From positions 2,507-66,506 of IMG/VR virus record IMGVR_UViG_3300017917_003093: DNA of 64,000 nt; one strand, 5' to 3'. The translations under genes and the position numbers were made by a program. Source of the stretch: a virus. The notes under the pieces are model-generated. The model saw only the letters and a list, made by a program, of their open reading frames with translations, did not search any database and was not told the DNA's origin. Positions 48,725 to 58,083 of this stretch are shown here, piece after piece (position 1 is the stretch's first letter; every line of letters begins with the position of its first letter).

Positions 48725-49717
48725 ATGATTGATGTGACTTCCTATCTGCCCAGCAAACACAAAAGCACCACTTCGGGCTGGATCAGTTTCAATGCTGTGT
48801 GTTGTGTACACAACGGCGAAAGCCAGGATCGTCGACAGCGCGGTGGTATCAAGCCAGCAGAAGATGGATCTTGGAGTTATCATTGTTTCAACTGTGGATT
48901 CACTGCCAGCTTTATCATGGGTCGTAATCTTACCTTTAAAGCTCGCAGACTGTTGGAATGGATGAATGTGCCTGCAGAAGAAATCGAACGCATCAATCTT
49001 GAAAGTCTTCGCCACAAGAACGTGCAGGGCATACTGCAAGATCGTCAGCAACTGATGCAAAAGTTGGGCGCCATAGAGTTTGAGGATCGTGATCTGCCCA
49101 GCCGATGCCAGCCCATAGATCCTACCAACGGACTAGGTTATGCCGGCAACGACAACGCTATGCAATATCTGCGTGAACGTTGTGTGCCTATGGATTATCC
49201 TTATCTGTATCGCCCCATGCCACGTCCTGGTATCATAATACCGTTCACACACGACGGGCAGGTAGTGGGTCATACCATGCGGTTCCTGGATGATCGTACT
49301 CCCCGATACATACATGACACACAACCGGGTTATGTGTTCGGCACAGATCTGCAACATGCTGGCTGGCAACATGCGATCGTGGTCGAGGGAGTGTTTGACG
49401 CACTCAGTATCTCGGGCCTGGCAGTGTTGCATGCTGAAATCAACGACACACAGGCACGCTTGATACGCAGCCTGGGACGTGAAATAACTGTGGTTCCAGA
49501 TCAGGATGAGGCTGGCATGAAGTTAGTGGATCGTGCTGTGGAACTGGGCTGGGCAGTGAGCATGCCAGACTGGCCCGCAGATGTCAAAGATGTCAATGAT
49601 GCTGTGATTCGTTGGGGTAGATTGGCCACTTTGATAACTATCATGCAGGCTCGAGAAACCAGTAAAATCAAAATAGAATTGAGGAAGAAACAACTTGTTA
49701 AAAGACTACGGACTTGA
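48725..49717 (+). CDS. DNA primase (Zn finger plus TOPRIM)
   Basis: YHCFNCG, VVEGVFDAL, VPDQDEAG, KDVND; upstream of the helicase. Confidence 0.9.
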   Translation: MIDVTSYLPSKHKSTTSGWISFNAVCCVHNGESQDRRQRGGIKPAEDGSWSYHCFNCGFTASFIMGRNLTFKARRLLEWMNVPAEEIERINLESLRHKNVQGILQDRQQLMQKLGAIEFEDRDLPSRCQPIDPTNGLGYAGNDNAMQYLRERCVPMDYPYLYRPMPRPGIIIPFTHDGQVVGHTMRFLDDRTPRYIHDTQPGYVFGTDLQHAGWQHAIVVEGVFDALSISGLAVLHAEINDTQARLIRSLGREITVVPDQDEAGMKLVDRAVELGWAVSMPDWPADVKDVNDAVIRWGRLATLITIMQARETSKIKIELRKKQLVKRLRT

Positions 49718-51104
49718 TGTCCAAAAACTATTCTTAGAAATGATGTTGCAAGACGCAGAGAGCTATGTGCGTGTGCAGAACATCTACAATCCAGAAAACT
49801 TTGATCGTAGCCTGAGACCTGCGGCCCAGTTTATTGCTGAACACAGCGACGAACACAAGACCTTGCCCACAGCTGAACAGATTCGGGCAGCCACAGGTGT
49901 TGCCTTGAATCATATCCCAGACTTGAACGAAGGACACTTTGAATGGTTTATGGATGAGTTTGAAGGTTTTACTCGCAGACAGGAACTGGAACGTGCTATC
50001 CTTAAATCCGCAGACTTGTTGGAAAAGGGAGAGTATGATCCTGTGGAGAAACTGATCAAGGATGCTGTACAGATATCATTGACCAAGGACATGGGCACAG
50101 ACTACTGGGCCGATCCAAGATTCAGGATCAACAAATATTTTAACTCAGGCGGACAAGTATCAACTGGTTGGCCACAGATGGACAAGATTTTATACGGTGG
50201 TTTCAGCCGTGGCGAACTGAATATTTTCGCAGGCGGGTCAGGATCTGGTAAGAGTCTTGTGATGATGAACATAGCCTTGTCGTGGTTGCAGGCCGGACTT
50301 TCAGGCGTGTATGTGAGTTTGGAACTTAGTGAAGAGCTTTGTGCCCTAAGAACTGATGCTATGTTATCAGGTATGAGCACCAAAGAGATCCGCAAGGACA
50401 TAGATCAGACTGAACTCAAGGTCAAACTTGTGAGCAAAAAAGCCGGACAATATCGTATCAAAGCACTGCCAGCACAAAGCAACATCAACGACATTAGAAG
50501 CTACATCAAAGAAGTACAGGTACAGACAGGACTCCGAGTAGACTTTGTCATGGTAGACTATCTAGACTTGCTGATGCCGGTATCGGCCAAGGTCAGTCCC
50601 AATGATCTATTCGTCAAAGACAAATATGTTTCAGAAGAACTGCGTAACTTGAGCAAAGAGCTCAATGTGCTCATGGTCACGGCTTCGCAGTTAAATCGTA
50701 GTGCTGTAGAAGAAATCGAGTTTGACCACAGCCATATCTCGGGTGGTATTTCAAAAATCAACACAGCAGACAACGTGTTTGGTATCTTTACATCGCGTGC
50801 CATGCGTGAGCGTGGCAAGTATCAGATACAGTGTATGAAATCACGTAGTAGCACAGGTGTAGGTATGAAGATTGACTTGGACTACAACATCGAAACCATG
50901 CGCATAACTGATCCGGGCGAAGACGCTGCGCCAGTCAACGGTTTCCGCAAGCCCGACATCTTGTCCAACATCAGAACACAAAGCCGCTTGAACTCGGAAC
51001 CCGAGCCAGATGCTCCGGCAGAAGAAATGGAAACTGGCAAAATCACAGCCGACGTACAGAGCGCCAAACTCAAGCAGTTGTTGGGCAAAATAAAAACAAC
51101 GTGA
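49695..51104 (+). CDS. gp41: replicative DnaB-family helicase
   Basis: GGSGSGKS, SLELSE, VDYLDL, TASQLNR, MKSRSS; TTG start. Confidence 0.9.
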   Translation: MLKDYGLDVQKLFLEMMLQDAESYVRVQNIYNPENFDRSLRPAAQFIAEHSDEHKTLPTAEQIRAATGVALNHIPDLNEGHFEWFMDEFEGFTRRQELERAILKSADLLEKGEYDPVEKLIKDAVQISLTKDMGTDYWADPRFRINKYFNSGGQVSTGWPQMDKILYGGFSRGELNIFAGGSGSGKSLVMMNIALSWLQAGLSGVYVSLELSEELCALRTDAMLSGMSTKEIRKDIDQTELKVKLVSKKAGQYRIKALPAQSNINDIRSYIKEVQVQTGLRVDFVMVDYLDLLMPVSAKVSPNDLFVKDKYVSEELRNLSKELNVLMVTASQLNRSAVEEIEFDHSHISGGISKINTADNVFGIFTSRAMRERGKYQIQCMKSRSSTGVGMKIDLDYNIETMRITDPGEDAAPVNGFRKPDILSNIRTQSRLNSEPEPDAPAEEMETGKITADVQSAKLKQLLGKIKTT

Positions 51105-52111
51105 TCAGTTATCAAGAAATAAGAGACGTCCACCTAGAAATATCCAGTCTCTGCAACGCCAGTTGTCCATGGTGCCCCAGGACTTTTTGGGGCTATCCCT
51201 ACAACGGCGGCTATCCTGAAACCAATCTTTCTTTGGTGCAAGCTCAGCAAATCTTCCAACCCGAGTTTTTGCAACAGTTGACCAGCATACGCATCAACGG
51301 CAACTTTGGCGACATCGTGATGAATCCTCAAGGCCCCGACATCGTTGATTATTTTTTCTCACAAAACCCAGATCTGTATGTGAGCATCAGCACCAATGGC
51401 GGCGCCAGAGACAAGAAGTTTTGGACACAGTTGGCCCAGACTCCGGTCACGGTGTTGTTTTGTTTGGATGGCCTGGAAGATACACATCATCTTTATCGCC
51501 AAAACACAGTGTGGAAAACCGTGATACGCAACGCAGAAATCTTTATTGAAGCAGGCGGTCGAGCGATTTGGAAAATGATCAAGTTTGATCACAACCAGCA
51601 TCAGATTCTGGAGTGCGCCCAACTGAGTCGGCGCATGGGATTTGCGGATTTTCAGCTGATTGACGAAGGGCGCAACACTGCTCCAGTGTTTGATCAGCAC
51701 GGACAGTTGACCCATGTGTTGGGCAACTATACCGGAGAAAAAGAATTTGAAGTTTTGATATATCGCAAAAAAAATGACGAAATTTTGCTGGAAGATATTG
51801 TGGCAGATCGCCGCCCTGCTCAAAGAATAGAGTGCGAAACACAAAAACTAAGATCCATTTATATTTCGGCCACTGGTGATGTGAGCCCGTGTTGCTACAC
51901 TGGATTTTATCCTCGTAGCTATGGGCACGGACAATACCATCAAGCTGCCAATGCCCAACTGGTTCCTTTGATGGTAAAAAACAATGCGCTGGAATATTCT
52001 TTGCAAGACTGCATACAATGGTTCAAATCCGTGGAAAAATCCTGGAAAATATCGGAATATCAACAGGGCCGTCTAGTAATATGTGATGACAACTGTGGCC
52101 AAAAACAATAA
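51101..52111 (+). CDS. radical SAM protein with C-terminal SPASM/twitch-like Cys motif
   Basis: CNASCPWC, GNFGD, STNG, YISATGDVSPCC, C..NC. Confidence 0.9.
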   Translation: MISYQEIRDVHLEISSLCNASCPWCPRTFWGYPYNGGYPETNLSLVQAQQIFQPEFLQQLTSIRINGNFGDIVMNPQGPDIVDYFFSQNPDLYVSISTNGGARDKKFWTQLAQTPVTVLFCLDGLEDTHHLYRQNTVWKTVIRNAEIFIEAGGRAIWKMIKFDHNQHQILECAQLSRRMGFADFQLIDEGRNTAPVFDQHGQLTHVLGNYTGEKEFEVLIYRKKNDEILLEDIVADRRPAQRIECETQKLRSIYISATGDVSPCCYTGFYPRSYGHGQYHQAANAQLVPLMVKNNALEYSLQDCIQWFKSVEKSWKISEYQQGRLVICDDNCGQKQ

Positions 52112-52135
52112 ATAATACAAAGGTCACAAATCATC

Positions 52136-52384
52136 ATGCAAAAGAAAACACGCAGTCTACTAGAAGAATTAGACGAGATGTATGTACAACGTGATTCACG
52201 TTTGGTCATTGAAAATCGCGCTTCTAATATCATTGCCAGTGCTATACGTCTGCTAGAACAGATTGATGCTACCTATCCGGCTGAACAGGCAGAAAATCTC
52301 AAACGCAAGTTGTTGAATGCCATCAACCAACGTGACCCCGGTAAATTCACCCGAACCGTGAGACGCACAGATGCAAATTCATGA
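52136..52384 (+). CDS. hypothetical late protein
   Basis: TAAATA 52109-52114. Confidence 0.7.
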   Translation: MQKKTRSLLEELDEMYVQRDSRLVIENRASNIIASAIRLLEQIDATYPAEQAENLKRKLLNAINQRDPGKFTRTVRRTDANS

Positions 52385-53444
52385 CATCACTAAACCCCAG
52401 ATAAATGAAGGGTTAGGAGATTTTATCAAGTCGGCCCAGCGACAAAGACAGATAAACAAAATAGCCGACACATCATACAAGGCCTGGAAACAGTATGAAA
52501 AAACCTTGTTACAAGCCAATCCCGATGCACGAGCAGATGGCATGTATGAGCAAGCATTATTGGCCTTTGTGACTAAAAATCTCTTGGGCGGACAATATCT
52601 ACCCAACGTTATAAACAAACAACAAATACAAGCTCTGGTCAAACAACTCAGTAGCGGGGGAAAAATAAGTGAAGCCAAACCGTTTGCTGTAACTGGAGCT
52701 GCCAATCCTGGGGCACCCACAGCTGCCGAGCGTGCAAAACTGCAACAAATGATAGCGGCCAAAACACAGGCCCAACAACCGGTCGCCGCACCTGTTGCTA
52801 AAAAAACTGTCGCACCTGCCTCTAAAACTTCTGCGCCTATTACCTCCAAAGCATTTGGCTCCATGGTAAAAGACCTTTCCACATCTCAACCAGTTGGTCC
52901 AAAAACCAGTAGCACAGGAGGAACTACCACAGTTACTCCAACAGGAACAGTGCATAAAGCAAGTGCAACCAATCCAAATATTGCTAAAGAACCAGCTCAA
53001 CCTGTTGCCACTCCAACTGCACCGGCCGCACCTGCTCAACCCGTTGCTACACCTGCTCAACCCGCTGCTACACCTGCTCAACCCGCTGCTACACCTGTTG
53101 CACAAAAACCAGTTACCCCCGCAAGTTTGTCTCCGCAACAGGAAAAAGATCTTTGGTTAAAACTGACTCAACAGGCAGCAGTGGCAACCACCACAGCTCC
53201 CGGTACCGGAGTCAAACAGACTCCAGTTGCGGATACCGAAAAACAAAATGCATCTCCGGAATCCTCTGGCGACGCCAGATCATATGTGCAGTTACTCAAC
53301 GGAGCTGTTCCAGCAGAGACCATCCGAGGTCTGGCAGAGTTTGGAAATCAGTCCACTAAAAATCTCGGAACTCTAAAAGTCAACAGCACCGGAAATCCAG
53401 TGGCTGATGCACTGTTGTTGATGGCCGGCTTCAAGGGTATCTGA
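52371..53444 (+). CDS. putative internal/virion protein with long Pro/Ala/Thr-rich region
   Basis: MQIHDITKPQINE N-terminus; low-complexity centre. Confidence 0.65.
   Translation: MQIHDITKPQINEGLGDFIKSAQRQRQINKIADTSYKAWKQYEKTLLQANPDARADGMYEQALLAFVTKNLLGGQYLPNVINKQQIQALVKQLSSGGKISEAKPFAVTGAANPGAPTAAERAKLQQMIAAKTQAQQPVAAPVAKKTVAPASKTSAPITSKAFGSMVKDLSTSQPVGPKTSSTGGTTTVTPTGTVHKASATNPNIAKEPAQPVATPTAPAAPAQPVATPAQPAATPAQPAATPVAQKPVTPASLSPQQEKDLWLKLTQQAAVATTTAPGTGVKQTPVADTEKQNASPESSGDARSYVQLLNGAVPAETIRGLAEFGNQSTKNLGTLKVNSTGNPVADALLLMAGFKGI
53031..53093 (+). repeat. 21-bp coding tandem repeat x3 (PAQP[V/A]AT)
   Basis: CCTGCTCAACCCG(T/C)TGCTACA repeated, with degenerate flanking copies. Confidence 0.9.
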
Positions 53445-55309
53445 TGAACATATTTGAAGGCGGCAATGTATTCAAAGACGACGAAGGTCGTAGTCTCACA
53501 CAGCGTATCAATCAGACTGATGTGAAATCTACATTGGCCTGGTTGGAAGAACTGGTGCCAGGACTGGATCTACAAAACAACACCCTGGGCAGCACCGGCA
53601 TCAAAGCCACATCGGGCGACCTAGACATAGCAGTGGACACCGGCCAAGTCACCAAAGAGCAAATGGTGGCACAACTCACACGTTGGGCACAGAGTCATGG
53701 TTTCCGCCCAGAAGAATGGATACGCAAGTCGGGCACCGCTGTGCATTTCAAAACTCCTATCAATGGGCGACCTGATCTGGGATTTGTGCAGACTGATTTT
53801 ATGTTTTTACAAAATGTGCCTTGGTCAAAGTTTGTGTTGGGTGCCATGCCTGCAGATTCAAAGTACAAAGGTCGTGAACGCAATATATTGATCAACTCGA
53901 TAGCCAAGAGTATGGGTTACAAACTCAACCAACTGGCCGGCATCGCAGATCGAGCCACCAACGAGATCATCACAGACGATCCGGACAAAGTAGCCAAACT
54001 GTTGCTGAATCGTACAGCCACACGCCAAGACCTAGCATCTGTAGAAACCATACTACAGGCTCTCAGCACTGATCCCAATCGCGAAGCCAAGCTGGCCGAC
54101 TTCCGCGAACACATGCAACGCGAAGGTCTGCCTTTTTTAGAAAGCACAGAAGTGCAACAACCCATGTCTGATGTAAACTTCCTGGCTCGTCTAAGAGACC
54201 GCATAGTCAATCAAGGCATGGTGCCCATCATGGAGGCCGGCGGAGCCCGCATTGAGCATCTAGAAGATTTGGTGTTTGAGCGCGGCACACGTGGTGTCAA
54301 AGAAGCTCTTGACATCATTCAGCAGGCCGCAGAAGATACTCGCAAGACTACCACGGTGAAATGGGATGGCAAGCCCGCTATCATCTGGGGTCGTAAACCC
54401 ACCGGAGAGTTTGTGCTCACAGACAAATCAGGATTTGGAGCCAAGGGCTACGATGGTTTGGCCACCAGCCCGGAACAAATAGCTCGTATCATGAGCATGC
54501 GCGGTGGAGAAAGATCAGGACTGATCGCTATCTATCAAAAACTGTTTCCCATGTTGCGTGCTGCCACGCCAGAAAACTTCCAAGGCTACATCCAAGGCGA
54601 CTTGTTGTATACCGATACTCCTCCCGAAGTATCTGGTGCCTATGTGTTCAAGCCCAACTTTGTGGAATATCGTATTCCTGCGGCTAGCAAGCTGGGCGAG
54701 AGTATCGGCTCCAGTGAAGTAGGCATAGCCGCACACACTAGATATCTCAGCCAGGATTCAGCAGCTGAACCTTTGCGCAACGTAAATCTAGAACCCGTGC
54801 CTGGATTATTGATAGTGGAACCCACTGTCAATGACATCAAGAATGTGGTGCCCAACAAAAAACTAATACAACAGTTGAAACAAGTTGTAAATCAAAATGC
54901 CGCGGCCATAGATGGTTTGTTTAATCCTGCCGATCTCCGAGCCGCACAACTTAGCGATCTGCCGCAGTTATGCAAACGCTATATCAACAGTCGTATCATG
55001 AGCAACTATGACAATCTGTTGCCGGGCTTTGGCGAGTGGTTGAAGGCCAATGTCACGCCCAGGAAGTTTGCCAATCTGGTAGAATATCTACAAAGTCCTA
55101 GATCAAACATGGACGGAATAACTGCTGCTTTTACAGCGTTCTTATTGTTACACGAAATCAAGACCGATATGCTGGAACAACTAGATCGTCAACAGCCAGG
55201 ACAAGAAGGCTGGGTCTTGGCCACTGATGCTGGTCGTGCCAAGTTGGTAAATCGCTTTGGATTCTCGGCCGGCAATCGTATCCTAAACAACCCAAATCTA
55301 GCTACCTAA
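53444..55309 (+). CDS. fusion of Pol-beta-type nucleotidyltransferase and ATP-dependent ligase-like (KxDG) domain
   Basis: LGS...GDLDI...QTD; TVKWDG, IQGDLLY, EGWVL, RAKLV. Confidence 0.7.
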   Translation: MNIFEGGNVFKDDEGRSLTQRINQTDVKSTLAWLEELVPGLDLQNNTLGSTGIKATSGDLDIAVDTGQVTKEQMVAQLTRWAQSHGFRPEEWIRKSGTAVHFKTPINGRPDLGFVQTDFMFLQNVPWSKFVLGAMPADSKYKGRERNILINSIAKSMGYKLNQLAGIADRATNEIITDDPDKVAKLLLNRTATRQDLASVETILQALSTDPNREAKLADFREHMQREGLPFLESTEVQQPMSDVNFLARLRDRIVNQGMVPIMEAGGARIEHLEDLVFERGTRGVKEALDIIQQAAEDTRKTTTVKWDGKPAIIWGRKPTGEFVLTDKSGFGAKGYDGLATSPEQIARIMSMRGGERSGLIAIYQKLFPMLRAATPENFQGYIQGDLLYTDTPPEVSGAYVFKPNFVEYRIPAASKLGESIGSSEVGIAAHTRYLSQDSAAEPLRNVNLEPVPGLLIVEPTVNDIKNVVPNKKLIQQLKQVVNQNAAAIDGLFNPADLRAAQLSDLPQLCKRYINSRIMSNYDNLLPGFGEWLKANVTPRKFANLVEYLQSPRSNMDGITAAFTAFLLLHEIKTDMLEQLDRQQPGQEGWVLATDAGRAKLVNRFGFSAGNRILNNPNLAT

Positions 55310-55378
55310 CTCCTGATTTTTTGCCCAAAAGGTAAATAAAAGTAGGTCTTCAGTGACCATATATTAAGGAGAATCAAA

Positions 55379-55792
55379 ATGGCTTATATTACCCCCGTAT
55401 CCGGCGGCGCACAACCAGTATTTGCAACCGACGTTCGCAATCCTGTAGCAGCTGGTGCTTCCACAGCAGCAACACCTGTAAACTTCCAAGGTCCTAAGTT
55501 AGACTTTTATCAAGTGACAGCCAACGTGTCTGTTGCTACACAGCAAGACGTGAACGAGTACGTTTCCAACGTTATTCAATCTTTGCAAAACACATGTACA
55601 GTTGCAGTATATCAAGTTGATGGTGCTCAAATCAGCTTTGGTATTTTCCCAACTGGTGCATTTGGTGATTCCACAGCGAATCCTCCAACAACCGTTAACA
55701 CTACCAACTTCTTGACAGCTGCCAACATCACCTACACAGGTTATCAGTTGGATTCTTGCACAAGCATTGGTTTCAAACTTGCAACATCATAA
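55379..55792 (+). CDS. small, probably abundant virion protein
   Basis: TAAATA 55333, TAAGGAG SD, own terminator, Thr/Ala-rich. Confidence 0.7.
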   Translation: MAYITPVSGGAQPVFATDVRNPVAAGASTAATPVNFQGPKLDFYQVTANVSVATQQDVNEYVSNVIQSLQNTCTVAVYQVDGAQISFGIFPTGAFGDSTANPPTTVNTTNFLTAANITYTGYQLDSCTSIGFKLATS

Positions 55793-55813
55793 TCAAATCA
55801 TATTTGATTGCAC

Positions 55814-55837
55814 AAAACCCGCCCAGGCGGGTTTTTT
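55814..55837 (+). terminator. intrinsic terminator
   Basis: AAAACCCGCC-CA-GGCGGGTTTT TT; preceded by AATCAAAT-N3-ATTTGATT. Confidence 0.85.
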
Positions 55838-55881
55838 GTTGACTTTACAAACCATCAGGTTGTAGTATATTAAATACACAC

Positions 55882-56136
55882 ATGCAGGTCAGCAAAATAA
55901 CTGAAGTAACTATCTTTGAAAGCCCCGACGGCGGCCGCACTGTGTATGCTCGTAAATCAAACGATTCTCACAGAGAACTGCACTGGCAAGACCCCAATCT
56001 GCAACGCGAGCTCAAAGAGCTGGAAAGTCAAAAACGCTGGGTGGACATATTCCAAGCACGGCGAGACAATCCAGAACTGGATCGCCTGTGCGAGCAAGTG
56101 GAAATCCTGTATGAACTAGGACGCCCAACACCATGA
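55882..56136 (+). CDS. hypothetical protein
   Basis: TAAATA 5 nt upstream; IFESPDGGRTVYAR motif. Confidence 0.75.
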   Translation: MQVSKITEVTIFESPDGGRTVYARKSNDSHRELHWQDPNLQRELKELESQKRWVDIFQARRDNPELDRLCEQVEILYELGRPTP

Positions 56137-56552
56137 GATATATCTGCCAAACTGAGTTTGATATCACAGCCACAGGAGTAACTGGACACTGCCGCCCTCA
56201 ACGCATGCCCTATCGAGACAGTGCCGGGCAGATGGTGAACAACGAGCAACAATGGCACAGATCCAGGAACCAACAACGTAACTGGGAAACTATCACGCAG
56301 ATCTTGGGATTGCGTACTCAGTTGTTTGATATTACTGTTCCGGTGCAAGATTCCACTGGTAAACGCTGGATGTTTGAGTTTGAAACTGAGCGTGACGGCA
56401 TCTACGGACCAGATTCTGATCCTTGCGAAGTGCTACGCCTAGATGCAGACGGCGTGCCCATGTTGAAGGACCTCAAAAATCAGCCTGACATAGAGCCCTG
56501 TTTGCGTACTTCCGGCCCCCGACAAAACATTTGGTTCGCTCCAAAACCATAA
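56133..56552 (+). CDS. hypothetical protein
   Basis: ATGA overlap; FDITATGV...RNQQRNWET. Confidence 0.7.
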   Translation: MRYICQTEFDITATGVTGHCRPQRMPYRDSAGQMVNNEQQWHRSRNQQRNWETITQILGLRTQLFDITVPVQDSTGKRWMFEFETERDGIYGPDSDPCEVLRLDADGVPMLKDLKNQPDIEPCLRTSGPRQNIWFAPKP

Positions 56553-56562
56553 ATAATATATT

Positions 56563-56826
56563 ATGAGCGAAGCCACGGATATCGAAAAGAAAAGTCTGGA
56601 GGCACACGTAGAACTGTGTGCCGAACGCTACAACCAACTGGAAGCCAGATTTGAGCATGTGGAAGGCAAGATCAACCACCTGGACACTCTCATGCGTGAA
56701 GTGCATGACATGGTGCAGAAAATGTCAGAAAAACGCAACGATCAGATCATAGGTTGGGGCCTGGGCATCATTGGTGCTCTGTTGGCATCCACGGTCTGGT
56801 TAGTAACTCACTACGCTTTCAAATGA
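56563..56826 (+). CDS. coiled-coil protein with C-terminal transmembrane helix
   Basis: TAAATA 7 nt upstream; IIGWGLGIIGALLASTVWLV. Confidence 0.75.
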   Translation: MSEATDIEKKSLEAHVELCAERYNQLEARFEHVEGKINHLDTLMREVHDMVQKMSEKRNDQIIGWGLGIIGALLASTVWLVTHYAFK

Positions 56827-57329
56827 TCAACGAACAACAGATGGAACGCATGTTCCAAAAAGAAATCAACTATCTCATGCCCAATGTAATCTGGCAGAAT
56901 GATGATGGCATCTATGAAGTTTTTGGACGGTATCGTATACAACCCAAATATCCAGGATTCCGTGTGTTTTGTGGTGCAACAGAAGTAGGAACATTCAGTT
57001 CTACTCGTACTGCATTGAGCTGGTGCATAGCCGACAAAAACTGTGCCTACAACACCGCCCGAGAAATACTATCAGTAGACTCCAAGCTGTCGGCCTTGAC
57101 AGCAGATATTGCCACTCGTGCATCCGTGGGTGATCGCAGCAAAGACCTCGATCGACGAGAAATCATTTCAACCAAACTAGAAACCAAGATTATACATAAA
57201 AAAGCCTTAGAAAATCAACTGGCCAAATGTGTGGATTGGGCTAAATATTGTCAACAACGAGGATTCGATAATGAAACTGCAAGAACTGGCCGTGGCCAAC
57301 CCAACAAAACAAGCCGCCAAGGTATTTGA
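56823..57329 (+). CDS. hypothetical protein
   Basis: ATGA overlap start at 56823. Confidence 0.65.
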   Translation: MINEQQMERMFQKEINYLMPNVIWQNDDGIYEVFGRYRIQPKYPGFRVFCGATEVGTFSSTRTALSWCIADKNCAYNTAREILSVDSKLSALTADIATRASVGDRSKDLDRREIISTKLETKIIHKKALENQLAKCVDWAKYCQQRGFDNETARTGRGQPNKTSRQGI

Positions 57330-58083
57330 AAGCTATTTTGGCGACAGCGTGAATTTTGAACAGTTACCGGCTGATCAAGCCCGTAAAATGCTCAATCGCG
57401 TGCGTTCACTCATCGCTGAACATCGCAGAACACCCAAGTTCCATACCAGCGAACAGAATCCTGCTTATTTGAAACTGGTAGTCATGGAACAGGCCCTGGC
57501 TGCCACTGCTACACAAGCTGATCCTCAACAGACTGCTGCTGCCATGGCTCTGCAACGCCAGCAAAAACAACGCCAGCTCGATGACGAAATCAAAGTCAAA
57601 CAAAAAGAATTAGCTGATCTGCAAAAACAAAAAGGCATGTTAGAAACACGTCGTAGCTTGAAACAACGCCTCAAAGAAGCTAGCGAAGTTCAACAGGCTC
57701 AAGTTGTACTGGCCAGCCAGGACATGGTTGATCAAGTGCAAAAGATGAGTGAACAGATTTCAGCCATGCAGTTCAAAGACTTGCCAGCCTTGGTAGATCA
57801 GATCAAGAACGAAGTTGGCACAGATCAAGCCATGCAGTTCAACACAGACGCCACAGCCGCACTGGCAGGCTTGTTACAAAATCTACAAGGCGCCAAAACA
57901 CAACTGGAAGCCGCACTTGGTGTGGTCACAGGACAGGCTCCTGTGATTCCGGGTGAAGAAATGGTTGCTCCTGCTGTGGGTGAAGTTCCTGCAGAACTGC
58001 CAGAGCCCGGTGAAGAAATCGACATCACGGACACCGAGATCGAAGAACCCACCGATGTGGGCCTAGGACGTGAACGCAGATAA
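57271..58083 (+). CDS. coiled-coil protein, putative prohead core/scaffold
   Basis: GAGGA SD; MKLQELA N-terminus; acidic tail ending LGRERR. Confidence 0.6.
   Translation: MKLQELAVANPTKQAAKVFESYFGDSVNFEQLPADQARKMLNRVRSLIAEHRRTPKFHTSEQNPAYLKLVVMEQALAATATQADPQQTAAAMALQRQQKQRQLDDEIKVKQKELADLQKQKGMLETRRSLKQRLKEASEVQQAQVVLASQDMVDQVQKMSEQISAMQFKDLPALVDQIKNEVGTDQAMQFNTDATAALAGLLQNLQGAKTQLEAALGVVTGQAPVIPGEEMVAPAVGEVPAELPEPGEEIDITDTEIEEPTDVGLGRERR

Noticed and set aside
21058-51104. Introns or inteins in terminase, UvsX, UvsW or helicase
   Set aside because: Uninterrupted ORFs of ordinary length with no splice-junction motifs seen
53031-53093. Possible CRISPR array
   Set aside because: 21-bp units are adjacent with no spacers and are in frame within a CDS
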